From assembly GCA_942493095.1 (NCBI GenBank), contig OW818675.1, forward strand, positions 2,040,001 to 2,072,000: DNA of 32,000 nt, in the 5' to 3' direction. A program made the position numbers and the translations under genes. How positions within the stretch are numbered: the first letter of the stretch is position 1; every line of letters begins with the position of its first letter. This document shows positions 1 through 11,349 of the stretch, one piece after another. A model generated the notes under the pieces. That model made no database searches and was not told the origin of the DNA. It saw only the letters and a list, made by a program, of their open reading frames with translations. This stretch comes from Candidatus Electronema halotolerans. GTDB taxonomy: Bacteria > Desulfobacterota > Desulfobulbia > Desulfobulbales > Desulfobulbaceae.

Positions 1-819
1 GACAAAGGTGGAAAAGGGCATGAGATGCTCCTGAATGGCGGTGTTGAATAATCCATTGAACAAGCCATTCAGCAATGTCACCACGCCGCCGCTCAACCAG
101 AAAACTGCGATAAAGACTCCCACTGTGCAGAAAAAGAGCAGGAGGAAGCGCAGATAATACGCTGCTGGGTAGTCAGTGATTCGCTTGTTCACTTCCGGTT
201 CCGGGATCAGCAGCGTGGTGATCACCCCTGCCAGCATGACAGCGGCCATGCACAGATAACTGCCCCGCCAGGCCGCATAATGATACGCCTCGCTGCTGGT
301 GCCGAACCATGAGGCCAAATAGAGAGCGCCCGCTCCGGCGACCAGCATTCCCACCCGGTAGCCGGCAATGTAGGCTGAAGAGAGCAGGGCTTGCAGCTCC
401 TGGGCCGCGCATTCAATCCGATAGGCATCAATAACAATATCCTGGGTGGCTGCGGAGAAGCCGAGCAGCACGGCGGCCAAGGCCATGCAGGTCAGGCTTT
501 GCTCTCCAGCCGTCGGGTCAGTCAGAGCCATCAGGCAGATGGCGGCAATCACCGCGCTCTGGGCGACAAGGAGCCAGCTCCGCCGCCTGCCCAGCTTGGC
601 AGTCAGAAACGGCAGGGGCAGGGTGTCAATCACCGGTGCCCAGACAAATTTGAAGGAATAGCCCAAGGCGGCCCAGCTAAAAAATGTGACCGTGGAGCGG
701 GCCACGCCTGCCTCGCGCAGCCAGAGTGAGAGCGTGGAAAAAATCAGCAGCAGGGGCAGCCCAGCGGAGAAGCCGAAAAAAAGCATGGTCAGCACTCTGG
801 GGTGCAGCCATGCCTGCAT
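1..819 (-). CDS. ampG: AmpG-family MFS muropeptide permease (N-terminal part; 3' end lies beyond the left edge)
   Basis: The minus-strand frame is open from the window edge to 921 (no tta/cta/tca in phase). It is absent from the ORF track because it has no in-window stop. From ATG at 819 it reads MQAWLHPRVLTMLFFGFSAGLPLLLIFSTLSLWLREAGV...FKFVWAPVIDTLPLPFL, typical of the AmpG N-terminus. GGAG lies 8 nt upstream. Confidence 0.7.
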   Translation of the reverse strand, partial: MQAWLHPRVLTMLFFGFSAGLPLLLIFSTLSLWLREAGVARSTVTFFSWAALGYSFKFVWAPVIDTLPLPFLTAKLGRRRSWLLVAQSAVIAAICLMALTDPTAGEQSLTCMALAAVLLGFSAATQDIVIDAYRIECAAQELQALLSSAYIAGYRVGMLVAGAGALYLASWFGTSSEAYHYAAWRGSYLCMAAVMLAGVITTLLIPEPEVNKRITDYPAAYYLRFLLLFFCTVGVFIAVFWLSGGVVTLLNGLFNGLFNTAIQEHLMPFSTFV

Positions 820-941
820 AGTTTCGCTCCAGTTTTTTTCTCTTGCCTGCTGCGCTTTCGTATGGTTGTTCATTGTTGATGACTGTGTTATATGTGGGGG
901 ACAACTGTTCGTATGATTTTTTTATCTTCTTTGGCCCCTGA

Positions 942-2417
942 ATGATGAAGAATATCCGTATCTATAACACGCTGACCAAAAAAAAGGAACTGCTGAAACC
1001 GCTGGAGGAGAATCATGTCCGCCTTTATGTCTGCGGCATCACCTCCTACGACTGGTGCCATATTGGCCATGCCCGCTCGGCCTTGGTCTTTGATATGGCG
1101 GTGCGCTATCTGCGCTGGCGCGGCTATGAAGTGACTTTTGCCCGCAACTTCACTGACATTGACGACAAGATCATCGTCCGGGCCAAAGAGCAGGGCCTTG
1201 AGCCGCAGGCTTTGGCCGAACGCTTTATTGACGAATTTTACACCGACATGGACGCGCTCGGCGTGCTGCGGGCCGACATTGAACCCAAGGCCACTGAGCA
1301 TATTCCAGAAATGATCGAGCTGGTGCAGCAGCTTGTTGACCAAGGCTTGGCGTATCCAGCAGGCGGCGATGTCTATTACCGGGTCCGGGCCTTTGCTGAC
1401 TATGGCTGTCTTTCCGGGCGCAAGTTCGAGGACATGCAGGCTGGAGCGCGGGTTGATGTCAACGAGCAGAAAGAAGACCCGATGGACTTTGTCCTCTGGA
1501 AGGGTGCCAAGCCGGGTGAGCCGAAATGGCCCAGTCCTTGGGGCGAAGGCAGGCCGGGCTGGCATATTGAATGCTCGGCCATGAGCCGCAAATATCTGGG
1601 CGCGACCTTTGACATTCACGGCGGCGGGCAGGATTTGATCTTCCCGCATCACGAGAATGAAATTGCCCAGTCCGTGGGCGCAAACGGCCAGCCCTTTGCT
1701 GCGCTCTGGATGCACCACGGTTTTGTCACGGTCAAGGAAGAGAAGATGTCCAAATCGCTGGGCAACTTCCTCACCATCCGCGAGGTGCTCAAGCACTGGC
1801 CTGCTGAGGTGCTGCGCCTTTTCCTCTTCTCCACCCAGTACCGCAATCCACTCGATTACAACGACACTGCCCTGCATGATGCGGCAACCGGACTGGAGCG
1901 GATGTATGCCTGCTTGGCGAAAATTGCCGAATTGCCTGAGTCCTCCAGCGGCACGGCTCCACCTTTGCTGAATCCAAAAGACAAGAAGGCGATCAGCACC
2001 TTGCGTGAGCGGTTTGCGGCAGCAATGGATAATGATTTCAACACTGCTCAGGCTATTGGCCATCTCTTTGATGCCGTCAAAGTGCTGAACAAGGCGGCAA
2101 GGCTGCTGCTCGATCAGCCGGGCAGTGCTGAGGACATGGCCCTTGTCCGCCAAGGCGCGGCTGACCTGCGCGAACTGGCAGGCATTCTCGGCCTACTGGG
2201 GCAGGAGCCAGCAGAATATCTGCGCCAAAAAAAGGAGCAGATGCTGGCTCTGACCGACCTGAACGAGGAGCGGATCAATGCCCTGATTGCCCGGCGCAAC
2301 GAGGCCAGAAGCGGCAAGAACTGGGCGGCCAGCGATGCGGTGCGGGACGAGCTGCTGGCTCATAAGATTGAACTACAGGACGGCCCGGACGGCACAACGT
2401 GGAGCGTGAAAGCATGA
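942..2417 (+). CDS. cysS: cysteine--tRNA ligase
   Basis: 491-aa ORF with class I aaRS motifs HIGH (CHIGHARS) and KMSKS. Overall CysRS-like sequence. Confidence 0.95.
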   Translation: MMKNIRIYNTLTKKKELLKPLEENHVRLYVCGITSYDWCHIGHARSALVFDMAVRYLRWRGYEVTFARNFTDIDDKIIVRAKEQGLEPQALAERFIDEFYTDMDALGVLRADIEPKATEHIPEMIELVQQLVDQGLAYPAGGDVYYRVRAFADYGCLSGRKFEDMQAGARVDVNEQKEDPMDFVLWKGAKPGEPKWPSPWGEGRPGWHIECSAMSRKYLGATFDIHGGGQDLIFPHHENEIAQSVGANGQPFAALWMHHGFVTVKEEKMSKSLGNFLTIREVLKHWPAEVLRLFLFSTQYRNPLDYNDTALHDAATGLERMYACLAKIAELPESSSGTAPPLLNPKDKKAISTLRERFAAAMDNDFNTAQAIGHLFDAVKVLNKAARLLLDQPGSAEDMALVRQGAADLRELAGILGLLGQEPAEYLRQKKEQMLALTDLNEERINALIARRNEARSGKNWAASDAVRDELLAHKIELQDGPDGTTWSVKA

Positions 2418-3226
2418 GCAGACTGCCAGCGGTTGCGGGCCGCTTTTATGAAGCTGATCCGATCCAGCTCCGCAAAACCGTGCTGGAGCTGCTGCCCGCA
2501 GGACGAAAGAAAGCCAAGGCCAAGACAGCGGCCAAGCTCCTGATTGTTCCTCATGCAGGCTATGTCTATTCAGGCTGGGTGGCCGGAAAAGTCTTTGCCA
2601 GCGCGAAAATCCCGGAAACAGTTGTTTTGCTCGGCCCCAATCATCACGGCCTTGGCGCGCCGCTGGCAGTCAGCACAGAGGATTGGGAAACCCCGCTCGG
2701 ACAGGTGCCGCTGGCGACGGAACTTGCCGCCGCTCTTGCCAGCAATTCCATCCTCTTCACTGCGGATGACCTTGCTCATCAGCATGAGCATTCGCTTGAG
2801 GTGCAGCTCCCATTTTTGCAAACACTCCAGCCCAAGCTGCGCATTGTCCCAATCTGCGTCTCCCGGCTGCCCCTGCCGCAGTGTCGGCTGGCAGGAGCAG
2901 AGCTGGCGAGGGCACTGAAAAATTTTGCTCAACCAGTGCTGCTGGTCGCCAGCACCGACATGAGCCACTATGAACCCCGGCATCAGGCCTCGGAAAAGGA
3001 TCAGCTCGCTTTGGGCGACATCCTCAGTCTTGATCCTGCCTCTCTGCACCGCACCGTGCTGATCAAGCGGATCAGCATGTGCGGAGTCATTCCCGTGATC
3101 ATTGCCCTGTATGCGGCCTTGGAGCTGGGCGCGGAACAGGCTGATCTGCTCTGCTGCACAGACTCTGGCTATGTCAGCGGTGATGCCGAACGGGTGGTGA
3201 GTTATGCCGGACTGACAGTGCGTTGA
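2414..3226 (+). CDS. AmmeMemoRadiSam system protein B (Memo-like)
   Basis: ORF 2399..3226. MSRLPAVAGRFYEADP and HEHSLEVQLPFL are typical of the Memo/AmmeMemoRadiSam-B family. The preferred ATG at 2414 overlaps the cysS stop as ATGA. Confidence 0.8.
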   Translation: MSRLPAVAGRFYEADPIQLRKTVLELLPAGRKKAKAKTAAKLLIVPHAGYVYSGWVAGKVFASAKIPETVVLLGPNHHGLGAPLAVSTEDWETPLGQVPLATELAAALASNSILFTADDLAHQHEHSLEVQLPFLQTLQPKLRIVPICVSRLPLPQCRLAGAELARALKNFAQPVLLVASTDMSHYEPRHQASEKDQLALGDILSLDPASLHRTVLIKRISMCGVIPVIIALYAALELGAEQADLLCCTDSGYVSGDAERVVSYAGLTVR

Positions 3227-3379
3227 GCCGCGCCGCAGATTTTTTGCCTGCTTGTAGAATCTCCTTGCTTTGGCCGGGCTGCATCCCTTACAATTTTTTT
3301 ACGAAGTGCATTCCGCACCGGGCGGAAGCCTCTTGACAACGACTTTGAGTAGTCCCCAAGTAAAAAAGGAGCCAAGCCG

Positions 3380-3916
3380 ATGCAGAAAGTGAAAATATTG
3401 TCAGCTACAGCAGCAATGCTTTTCGTACTTACCGCAGGCAGTATTGCTTTTGCCTCAGCACCTTCTGCTTTGAGCAAAGAAATGCCTGAAGCCGCGAAAA
3501 AAGAGTTAGCTGCTGCTACAGAGGCAAAAGCAGCAGCGGCAGAAAAGCCTGCCGAGAAGTCCCTGTATGAGAAGCTCGGCGACAAGGCTATTGCTGATGC
3601 TGTAGAGAAGTTTTATGAGAAAGTGCTGGCTGATGACCGGGTCAACGGCTTTTTCAAAGGCGTTGACATGGACCGCCAGCGCAGAATGCAGACAGCCTTT
3701 CTCACCTATGCTTTTGGCGGCCCCAATGCATACCAAGGCCGGGACCTGCGGGCCGTTCACGCCCATCTTGTTGCCAGAGGGCTGAACGACACCCATTTTG
3801 ACATCATTGTCGAGCATCTGGGCAACACTCTGAAAGAGATAGGCGTTGGGGATGAAGACATCGCTCAGGCTGCCAAGGTTGCCAACAGTGTCCGCAATGA
3901 TGTGCTGAACAAGTAA
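3380..3916 (+). CDS. group I truncated haemoglobin (trHbN-like) with N-terminal signal peptide and Ala/Lys/Glu-rich linker
   Basis: The C-terminal ~120 aa (LYEKLGDKAIADAVEKFYEKVLADDRVNGFF...AVHAHL...HFDIIVEHL) match the 2-on-2 globin fold, with B10 Tyr and a proximal His candidate. The N-terminus MQKVKILSATAAMLFVLTAGSIAFA-SA looks like a Sec signal with an AxA site. AAAGGAG RBS is present. Confidence 0.85.
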   Translation: MQKVKILSATAAMLFVLTAGSIAFASAPSALSKEMPEAAKKELAAATEAKAAAAEKPAEKSLYEKLGDKAIADAVEKFYEKVLADDRVNGFFKGVDMDRQRRMQTAFLTYAFGGPNAYQGRDLRAVHAHLVARGLNDTHFDIIVEHLGNTLKEIGVGDEDIAQAAKVANSVRNDVLNK

Positions 3917-3919
3917 GCG

Positions 3920-5353
3920 TCAGGTTTTCCGCGCTGTGTCAGGCAGGCTTTCCGCAGGGAGGGCCTGCCTTTTTTTCTGCCAGATTTTGGCCGCCCGCAG
4001 CAGCCCTGCCGCCCATTCCGGCGCGCCTGGGGCAAGAATATGCGTGTAAAGGGCAAGGACATTGTTCTTTTGCAAACCATCACGTCTGCCCTGAAAACCG
4101 GTCCCGCGCTCCATGCGCAGAGCCAAGTCTTCCGCTCCGCCGTCCCAGCTTTCAACCACAGAATAGCGGAATTCATGCCCTTTCACCTGCGTTCCAAGCG
4201 GATAAAAGGGATTTTCCCGCTCAACCGTGAACATGGTGTAGCCATGCCCCTGCGGCTTGTGCGACATGGAAAATTTGATCGGAAAAATTCCGGTCAGCGG
4301 ATATTTTACGCCATCAACAACTATGGACTGGCCGAGAAAAATCAGGCCGCCGCATTCAGCGTAAATTGGCAGGCCCTGCTCTGCGGCTTGCCGGACAGAC
4401 TCGCGGAAAGAGGCATTTGCCGCCAAGTGCTGCGCCTGCGTTTCAGGAAAGCCGCCGCCAATGTAGAGCGCATCCAAACCCTCTGGCAGCCGTTCTGCCG
4501 TCAGGGCGTTGATCAGCACCAGTTCCGCCCCGCCCTCGCGCATGGCATCAAGGTTTTCCTGATAATAGAACTGAAAGGCGGCATCGCGGAGCACGGCAAT
4601 GCGCACCTCTGCCGGACTGCTGGGTGATGACGCTGGCAGCGCAAAAGAGCGCGGCTCTGCCAGCCGGGTGATCAGTTCCAGATCAAAATGTTCCTCAGCC
4701 AGCCCGGCTAAATGACTCACTGCTGCGCCGGCATTTGCGTCGCCATATTCCTGATGCGGGATCACGCCAAGATGGCGCATGGGGAAAATATCCTCTGTCA
4801 AACGGGGAATAATTCCAGCCACAGGAATGCCGGTGTCCTGCTCCACCGCCTGCCGGACGATTTGCTCGTGGCGGGGCGAGGCAATCTGATTGAGCAGCAC
4901 CCCGACGATGCGGAGTCGCTTGTCCAGCTCACGGCAGCCGAGCACCATTGCCGCCACAGTCCGGGTGGTCTTGCTGCAATTGACCACTAAGAGCACAGGC
5001 AAATCAAGGAGCAGGGCCAGCTCGGCAGTTGAGAATTCGCCCGCTGCCGTGACCCCGTCATACAGGCCCCGGTTGCCCTCAATCAGGGCAAAGTCCGTTC
5101 CTGCGGCGTGCTGCTGAAACGAGGTGCGGACAGCTGCCGCGCTCATCAAAAAGGGGTCAAGATTCCAGCAGGGCTGCCCGGCAGCGGCAGTCAGCCAGCC
5201 TGCGTCAATGTAATCCGGCCCTTTCTTGAATGGCACAATCCTCTGGCCGCGCTGCCGCAGAGCCGCTGCCAGCGCGACTGAAGCCACTGATTTGCCGGAG
5301 CCGCCGCTCAATCCGGCCATGACAAGGCAGCGGGCAGCAGAACTGTCAGGCAT
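3920..5353 (-). CDS. cbiA: cobyrinate a,c-diamide synthase (CbiA/CobB family amidotransferase)
   Basis: 477-aa ORF. It has an N-terminal P-loop (AGLSGGSGKS), PFKKGPDYID, and a C-terminal glutamine amidotransferase part (YAECGGLIFL). Confidence 0.85.
   Translation of the reverse strand: MPDSSAARCLVMAGLSGGSGKSVASVALAAALRQRGQRIVPFKKGPDYIDAGWLTAAAGQPCWNLDPFLMSAAAVRTSFQQHAAGTDFALIEGNRGLYDGVTAAGEFSTAELALLLDLPVLLVVNCSKTTRTVAAMVLGCRELDKRLRIVGVLLNQIASPRHEQIVRQAVEQDTGIPVAGIIPRLTEDIFPMRHLGVIPHQEYGDANAGAAVSHLAGLAEEHFDLELITRLAEPRSFALPASSPSSPAEVRIAVLRDAAFQFYYQENLDAMREGGAELVLINALTAERLPEGLDALYIGGGFPETQAQHLAANASFRESVRQAAEQGLPIYAECGGLIFLGQSIVVDGVKYPLTGIFPIKFSMSHKPQGHGYTMFTVERENPFYPLGTQVKGHEFRYSVVESWDGGAEDLALRMERGTGFQGRRDGLQKNNVLALYTHILAPGAPEWAAGLLRAAKIWQKKRQALPAESLPDTARKT
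3941..3976 (+). terminator. rho-independent terminator after the globin gene
   Basis: AGGCAGGC (3941-3948) pairs with GCCTGCCT (3963-3970), followed by a T7 run. It lies inside the 3' tail of the convergent cbiA ORF. Confidence 0.55.
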
Positions 5354-5522
5354 CGCCGCCCCCTGCCTGCTGACTGAGGCATGAACTGAACATATTGTTT
5401 TCCTTCAGATATTCAATCACTTCTGACGACCGCATCATCCAGCAGGAGTTGAAGATAAAACAGTCATTTTCGCAAGTTCTGCACACTGGAGCTGGAAAAG
5501 CAGAAAAGGTACTGTTTTCGGG

Positions 5523-5551
5523 TTGACAATAACAGCCAGCCGATGAATAGT
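5523..5551 (+). promoter_or_regulatory. candidate sigma70-type promoter for ilvD
   Basis: TTGACA (5523-5528), 17-nt spacer, AATAGT (5546-5551), about 80 nt upstream of the ilvD ATG. Confidence 0.35.
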
Positions 5552-5632
5552 GGTCACGGCTGCCGCCGCCCAAGTATGAAATTAGCAGAGACAAACTGCA
5601 AGTCTTTTTTCACTCCTTCACGAGGAACAATC

Positions 5633-7441
5633 ATGGCAATTCCCCTTCGCAGCAGCGAGACCACTCAAGGCAGAAGAATGGCCGGAGCACGCGCCCTGTG
5701 GCGGGCCAACGGCATGACCGAAGAACAGATCGGCAAACCCGTTATCGCGGTGGTCAACTCCTTCACCCAGTTTGTGCCCGGCCATGTGCATCTGCACGAG
5801 ATCGGCCAGCAGGTGAAAAAGCAGATTGAGGCCCGAGGCTGCTTTGCCGCCGAGTTCAACACCATCGCCATTGACGACGGCATCGCTATGGGCCACGACG
5901 GTATGCTCTACTCCCTGCCTTCCCGCGAACTGATCGCCGATTCGGTGGAATATATGTGCAATGCCCACAAGGTCGATGCCATGATCTGCATCAGCAACTG
6001 CGATAAAATAACGCCGGGTATGCTGATGGCCGCCATGCGCCTGAACATCCCGGCCATCTTTGTTTCCGGCGGACCGATGGAAGCGGGCCGAATCAAGGGA
6101 CAGGAGCGCGGTTACGATTTGGTGGACGCAATGGTCATGGCGGGCGACCAAGCTGTCTCGGACGAGGAAATCGCCGCTATCGAACAGGCAGCCTGCCCCA
6201 CATGCGGTTCCTGTTCCGGCATGTTCACGGCCAACTCCATGAACTGCCTCAACGAGGCCCTGGGGATGGCCCTGCCCGGCAACGGCACGGTCGTGGCTAC
6301 ACATAAAAATCGTTTAAGTCTGTTTGAACAGGCAGCCGCCCGCATCGTGACTATATGCGAGGCATGGTACGACAAGGAGGACGCTTCCGTTCTGCCCCGC
6401 TCCATTGCCACCAAGGCCGCCTTTAATAATGCAATGGCCCTGGATATCGCTATGGGCGGGTCCACCAACACAGTGCTCCATATCCTGGCGGTGGCTCATG
6501 AGGCCGGGGTGGACTTCACCATGCAGGACATCGACGCTCTCTCCCGCAAGGTGCCGAATCTCTGCAAGGTGGCTCCTTCTGCCTCTTATCATGTGGAGGA
6601 TGTCAACCGGGCAGGAGGTATCCTGAGTATTCTCGGAGAATTGGATCGGGCCGGACTCCTGGACACGGCAGTGAGCAGGGCCGACGGGCTGACCCTGGCC
6701 CAGGCTCTGGAGCAGTTTGATATTGCAAGAGACAGTGCAAACGAAGCAGCCCGCAAGCTCTACGCCAGTGCTCCGGGCAATAAGGGACGCAATCTGGTCA
6801 TGGGTTCCCAGGACACCATGTACGAGACCCTGGATACAGACCGGGAAAAGGGCTGCATCCGCAATGCTGACCATGCCTATTCCAAGGACGGCGGGCTGGC
6901 CGTGCTGTACGGCAATATCGCGGAAAACGGCTGTATTGTGAAAACCGCAGGAGTTGACCCGTCCATCCTCCATTTCCAAGGCAAGGCCAAAGTCTATCAT
7001 TCGCAGGAAGCCTCCTGCGAAGGCATTCTGGCCGGTGAAATCACAGCAGGCGATGTGGTTTTTATCCTCTACGAAGGCCCCAAGGGCGGGCCGGGTATGC
7101 AGGAAATGCTCTATCCCACCTCCTACCTGAAATCCATCCACTTAGGCGCGGAATGCGCCCTGGTCTTTGCCGCATCGAGCATGGATGGTGCTGCGCAATG
7201 TCTTGGGACTGCGCGGCTTTTTATCTTTCCGCTTGATCAAGTCATCAACAACCAGCTTGAGCAGCTCTTCAGTGGATATTTTTTTCTGCGCCGGAGCTGC
7301 CGCACTGACGACTGGTGTCTTGAAACACGGCATCTCTTCTATCGCTGCGGATCGTGTCACAAAAATTTTCCGGCGGCGCAAATGCTGAATGAGCGGATCA
7401 AAGCCTGTATCTTTGGAGATAATGTGAAAAGCTCCTTTTGA
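5633..7441 (+). pseudogene. ilvD: dihydroxy-acid dehydratase, 3'-truncated. Homology ends near 7165; the ORF then reads antisense through the neighbouring gene to 7441.
   Basis: From ATG at 5633 (GAGGAA RBS) it reads [31 protein letters not shown]...[20 protein letters not shown], a clear IlvD match. After ...LGAECALV the conserved TDGRFSGG(T/S) motif and the last ~50-100 residues (depending on whether the long or short IlvD type is the reference) are replaced by unrelated sequence. Confidence 0.8.
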
Positions 7442-7687
7442 ATCAGCCGCTGCCAGCGCGCCGAGGTAATAGGCAATATGGAAATCAAGGGCATTGCTGC
7501 CCGGAGTTTCAAGAATGATGTATTCCCCTCGGCTGCCCAGCCGCTGCATGGCTACGGCCAATTCAACCGGCAGCTTGGTATTATGCGGGCCAAGGAAAAT
7601 CCGCACGTGAAACTGCTCACCATGAAGCAGAGCCAGTGACTGCACCTGCACGTTCTCGTAATCTATGAGAATATAATTGTTTTTCAC
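7142..7687 (-). CDS. NYN/PIN-like (LabA-like) domain protein, probably C-terminally truncated
   Basis: 181-aa ORF with a GTG start. N-terminus [13 protein letters not shown]...[16 protein letters not shown] resembles NYN/PIN-like RNase domains. The last 7 codons and the stop are the antisense of residual ilvD sequence. Confidence 0.55.
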   Translation of the reverse strand: MKNNYILIDYENVQVQSLALLHGEQFHVRIFLGPHNTKLPVELAVAMQRLGSRGEYIILETPGSNALDFHIAYYLGALAAADSKGAFHIISKDTGFDPLIQHLRRRKIFVTRSAAIEEMPCFKTPVVSAAAPAQKKISTEELLKLVVDDLIKRKDKKPRSPKTLRSTIHARCGKDQGAFRA

Positions 7688-7838
7688 CGGTTGCTGGCTT
7701 GCTCGTCATGTTTTCCGAAACAGCGGCCACGCTCTTTCTCTTTTGCCCGTTCCCTTCTCGCCCGTTTTCGAGTACACTAATGCAAAAAGCATATTGGCCG
7801 CGCTGCTGCGGCCCGCAATTCATACAAGGAGAAAATCA

Positions 7839-8186
7839 ATGCTTGAAATCACTGATCTGGCTGTCAAGAACGTCAAAGACTATCTGAGCCAGAACAACAT
7901 CGCTGATTCCGCCATCCGCATATCTTTGATGTCCGGCGGCTGCTCCGGCCCCAGCCTGAGCCTGTCCTTGGACGAGGCCAAAGACAATGACATGACCGTG
8001 GAGAAGGACGGAGTCAGCTTCATCATGGAAAAGAGCCTGTCCGAGGTCTGCGGGGCAGTGAAGGTGGATTTCATGGAGTCAAGCGGCGGCTGCGGCTGCT
8101 CCGGCGGCGGCTTCACCATTACCAGCGAAAAGCCCCTGCCTGGCGCACGCAGCGGCGGCTGCGGCTCCTGCAGTTCCTGCGGCTGA
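7839..8186 (+). CDS. HesB/IscA-family Fe-S cluster insertion protein with an extra Cys/Gly-rich tail
   Basis: ATG at 7839 after AGGAGAAAATCA. It carries the A-type carrier cysteines (GGCSG...GGCGCSGGGF) plus a tail GARSGGCGSCSSCG. Confidence 0.75.
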   Translation: MLEITDLAVKNVKDYLSQNNIADSAIRISLMSGGCSGPSLSLSLDEAKDNDMTVEKDGVSFIMEKSLSEVCGAVKVDFMESSGGCGCSGGGFTITSEKPLPGARSGGCGSCSSCG

Positions 8187-8218
8187 TTTCAGAAGCCCGC
8201 TTCCCCAACAGCAGAACC

Positions 8219-8254
8219 GCCCGGCTTCCTGCATCACAGCAGGCCGGGCTTTTT
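8219..8254 (+). terminator. rho-independent terminator between convergent hesB-like gene and ligA
   Basis: GCCCGGCTTCCTGC / GCAGGCCGGGC stem followed by TTTTT. Confidence 0.6.
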
Positions 8255-8257
8255 GGT

Positions 8258-10452
<2,195 letters not shown>

Positions 10453-10479
10453 GTTTTTTTCCTTTGCAAATCAAGATGA

Positions 10480-11316
10480 TTACGAGTTTTGTGCAGCCAG
10501 CTCCGCATCGCTCAAGCCAAGCACGGCAATGCCTGCCTTGTCCGCAGCGGCAATCATGGCTTCACGATCAAAAAGAAGCGACTGCCCTGCCTCGACCGCC
10601 AGCACTGAGCCTTTGACCGAAGCCAAGGTTGCAATGGTTTGTACGCCCGTGGCAGGCAGATCAAAGCGAAAATCTTGGCCCGGCTTTTTCAGCTTGACGA
10701 CCACTGCGCCAGAGCCTGCCAGCTCGCCGCCGCGCCGGATGGCCGCGTCCGTGCCTTCAATGGCCTCAACCGCCAGCACTGCCCCGCCGCGCACCACCAC
10801 GCACTGACCAATGTCCAACCGGCCTATTTCCCGCGCTATGTGCCAGCCAAAACGGATGTCGGCCCACTGCTCCGCGTTCGGCTTTTTCTTGCCAAGAATG
10901 CCTTTGGGAAAGAGGAGATGCTCAAGATAGCAGGTCGAGGCCAGCACCTTGATGCCTTCCTGCTCCAGGGCATTAGCCACAGCCCGGAGAATGCCGTCAT
11001 CTAATTTGCTGTCGATTTTGTTCCACAGGCTCAGGCCCTTGATATCGGGCAGGATGTCGCGGAAAATACGGGTCTTGGTGATGGTGCCGCAGAAAACGGT
11101 CTCAGTCACGCCGTGCGCATGGAAAAACTTGATGATCCGGCCAAGCTGACCAAGTTTCACCCAGCAGGAGGCAGAGACTTGCTCGGCCAGTTCCGGGGCA
11201 GTCTCGTTCAGATGGCAGACAGCCACAACCGGACGGTTCCGCTGCTGGGCCGCCTCAGCAAAAAGCAGCGGAAACTGGCCCCCGCCTGCAATCAGGCCGA
11301 TGGGAGGAAAAGTCAT
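10480..11316 (-). CDS. lpxI: UDP-2,3-diacylglucosamine diphosphatase LpxI (DUF1009)
   Basis: The N-terminus PIGLIAGGGQFPLL and its position directly downstream of lpxA are typical of LpxI. Confidence 0.8.
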   Translation of the reverse strand: MTFPPIGLIAGGGQFPLLFAEAAQQRNRPVVAVCHLNETAPELAEQVSASCWVKLGQLGRIIKFFHAHGVTETVFCGTITKTRIFRDILPDIKGLSLWNKIDSKLDDGILRAVANALEQEGIKVLASTCYLEHLLFPKGILGKKKPNAEQWADIRFGWHIAREIGRLDIGQCVVVRGGAVLAVEAIEGTDAAIRRGGELAGSGAVVVKLKKPGQDFRFDLPATGVQTIATLASVKGSVLAVEAGQSLLFDREAMIAAADKAGIAVLGLSDAELAAQNS

Positions 11317-11349
11317 GCAGAATATTTTTTTTCAGGACACCTTCACCCT

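Noticed and set aside
888-2153. 421-aa minus-strand ORF antisense to cysS. Similar long antisense ORFs lie at 5618..6304, 6314..7141, 20985..22019, 25438..26376, 26437..27186, 27716..29080 and 31124..31906.
   Set aside because: Each lies wholly opposite a confidently identified conserved gene (cysS, ilvD, M48 peptidase, thrS, infC, pheS, pheT). Their sequences are low in complexity and rich in Arg/Ala/Gly, typical of spurious antisense frames in GC-rich DNA.
5354-5632. Looked for a cobalamin riboswitch upstream of cbiA, and likewise upstream of cbiD at 13900-14250.
   Set aside because: By eye I could not find the conserved B12-box or GGGAA...GCCACTG core elements on the relevant strand. A covariance-model scan (Rfam RF00174) would be needed to exclude one formally.
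5543-5632. Upstream extension of the ilvD ORF ([18 protein letters not shown]...).
   Set aside because: IlvD family N-termini start at the [23 protein letters not shown] equivalent. ATG at 5633 has a GAGGAA RBS, and the extension overlaps the predicted promoter.
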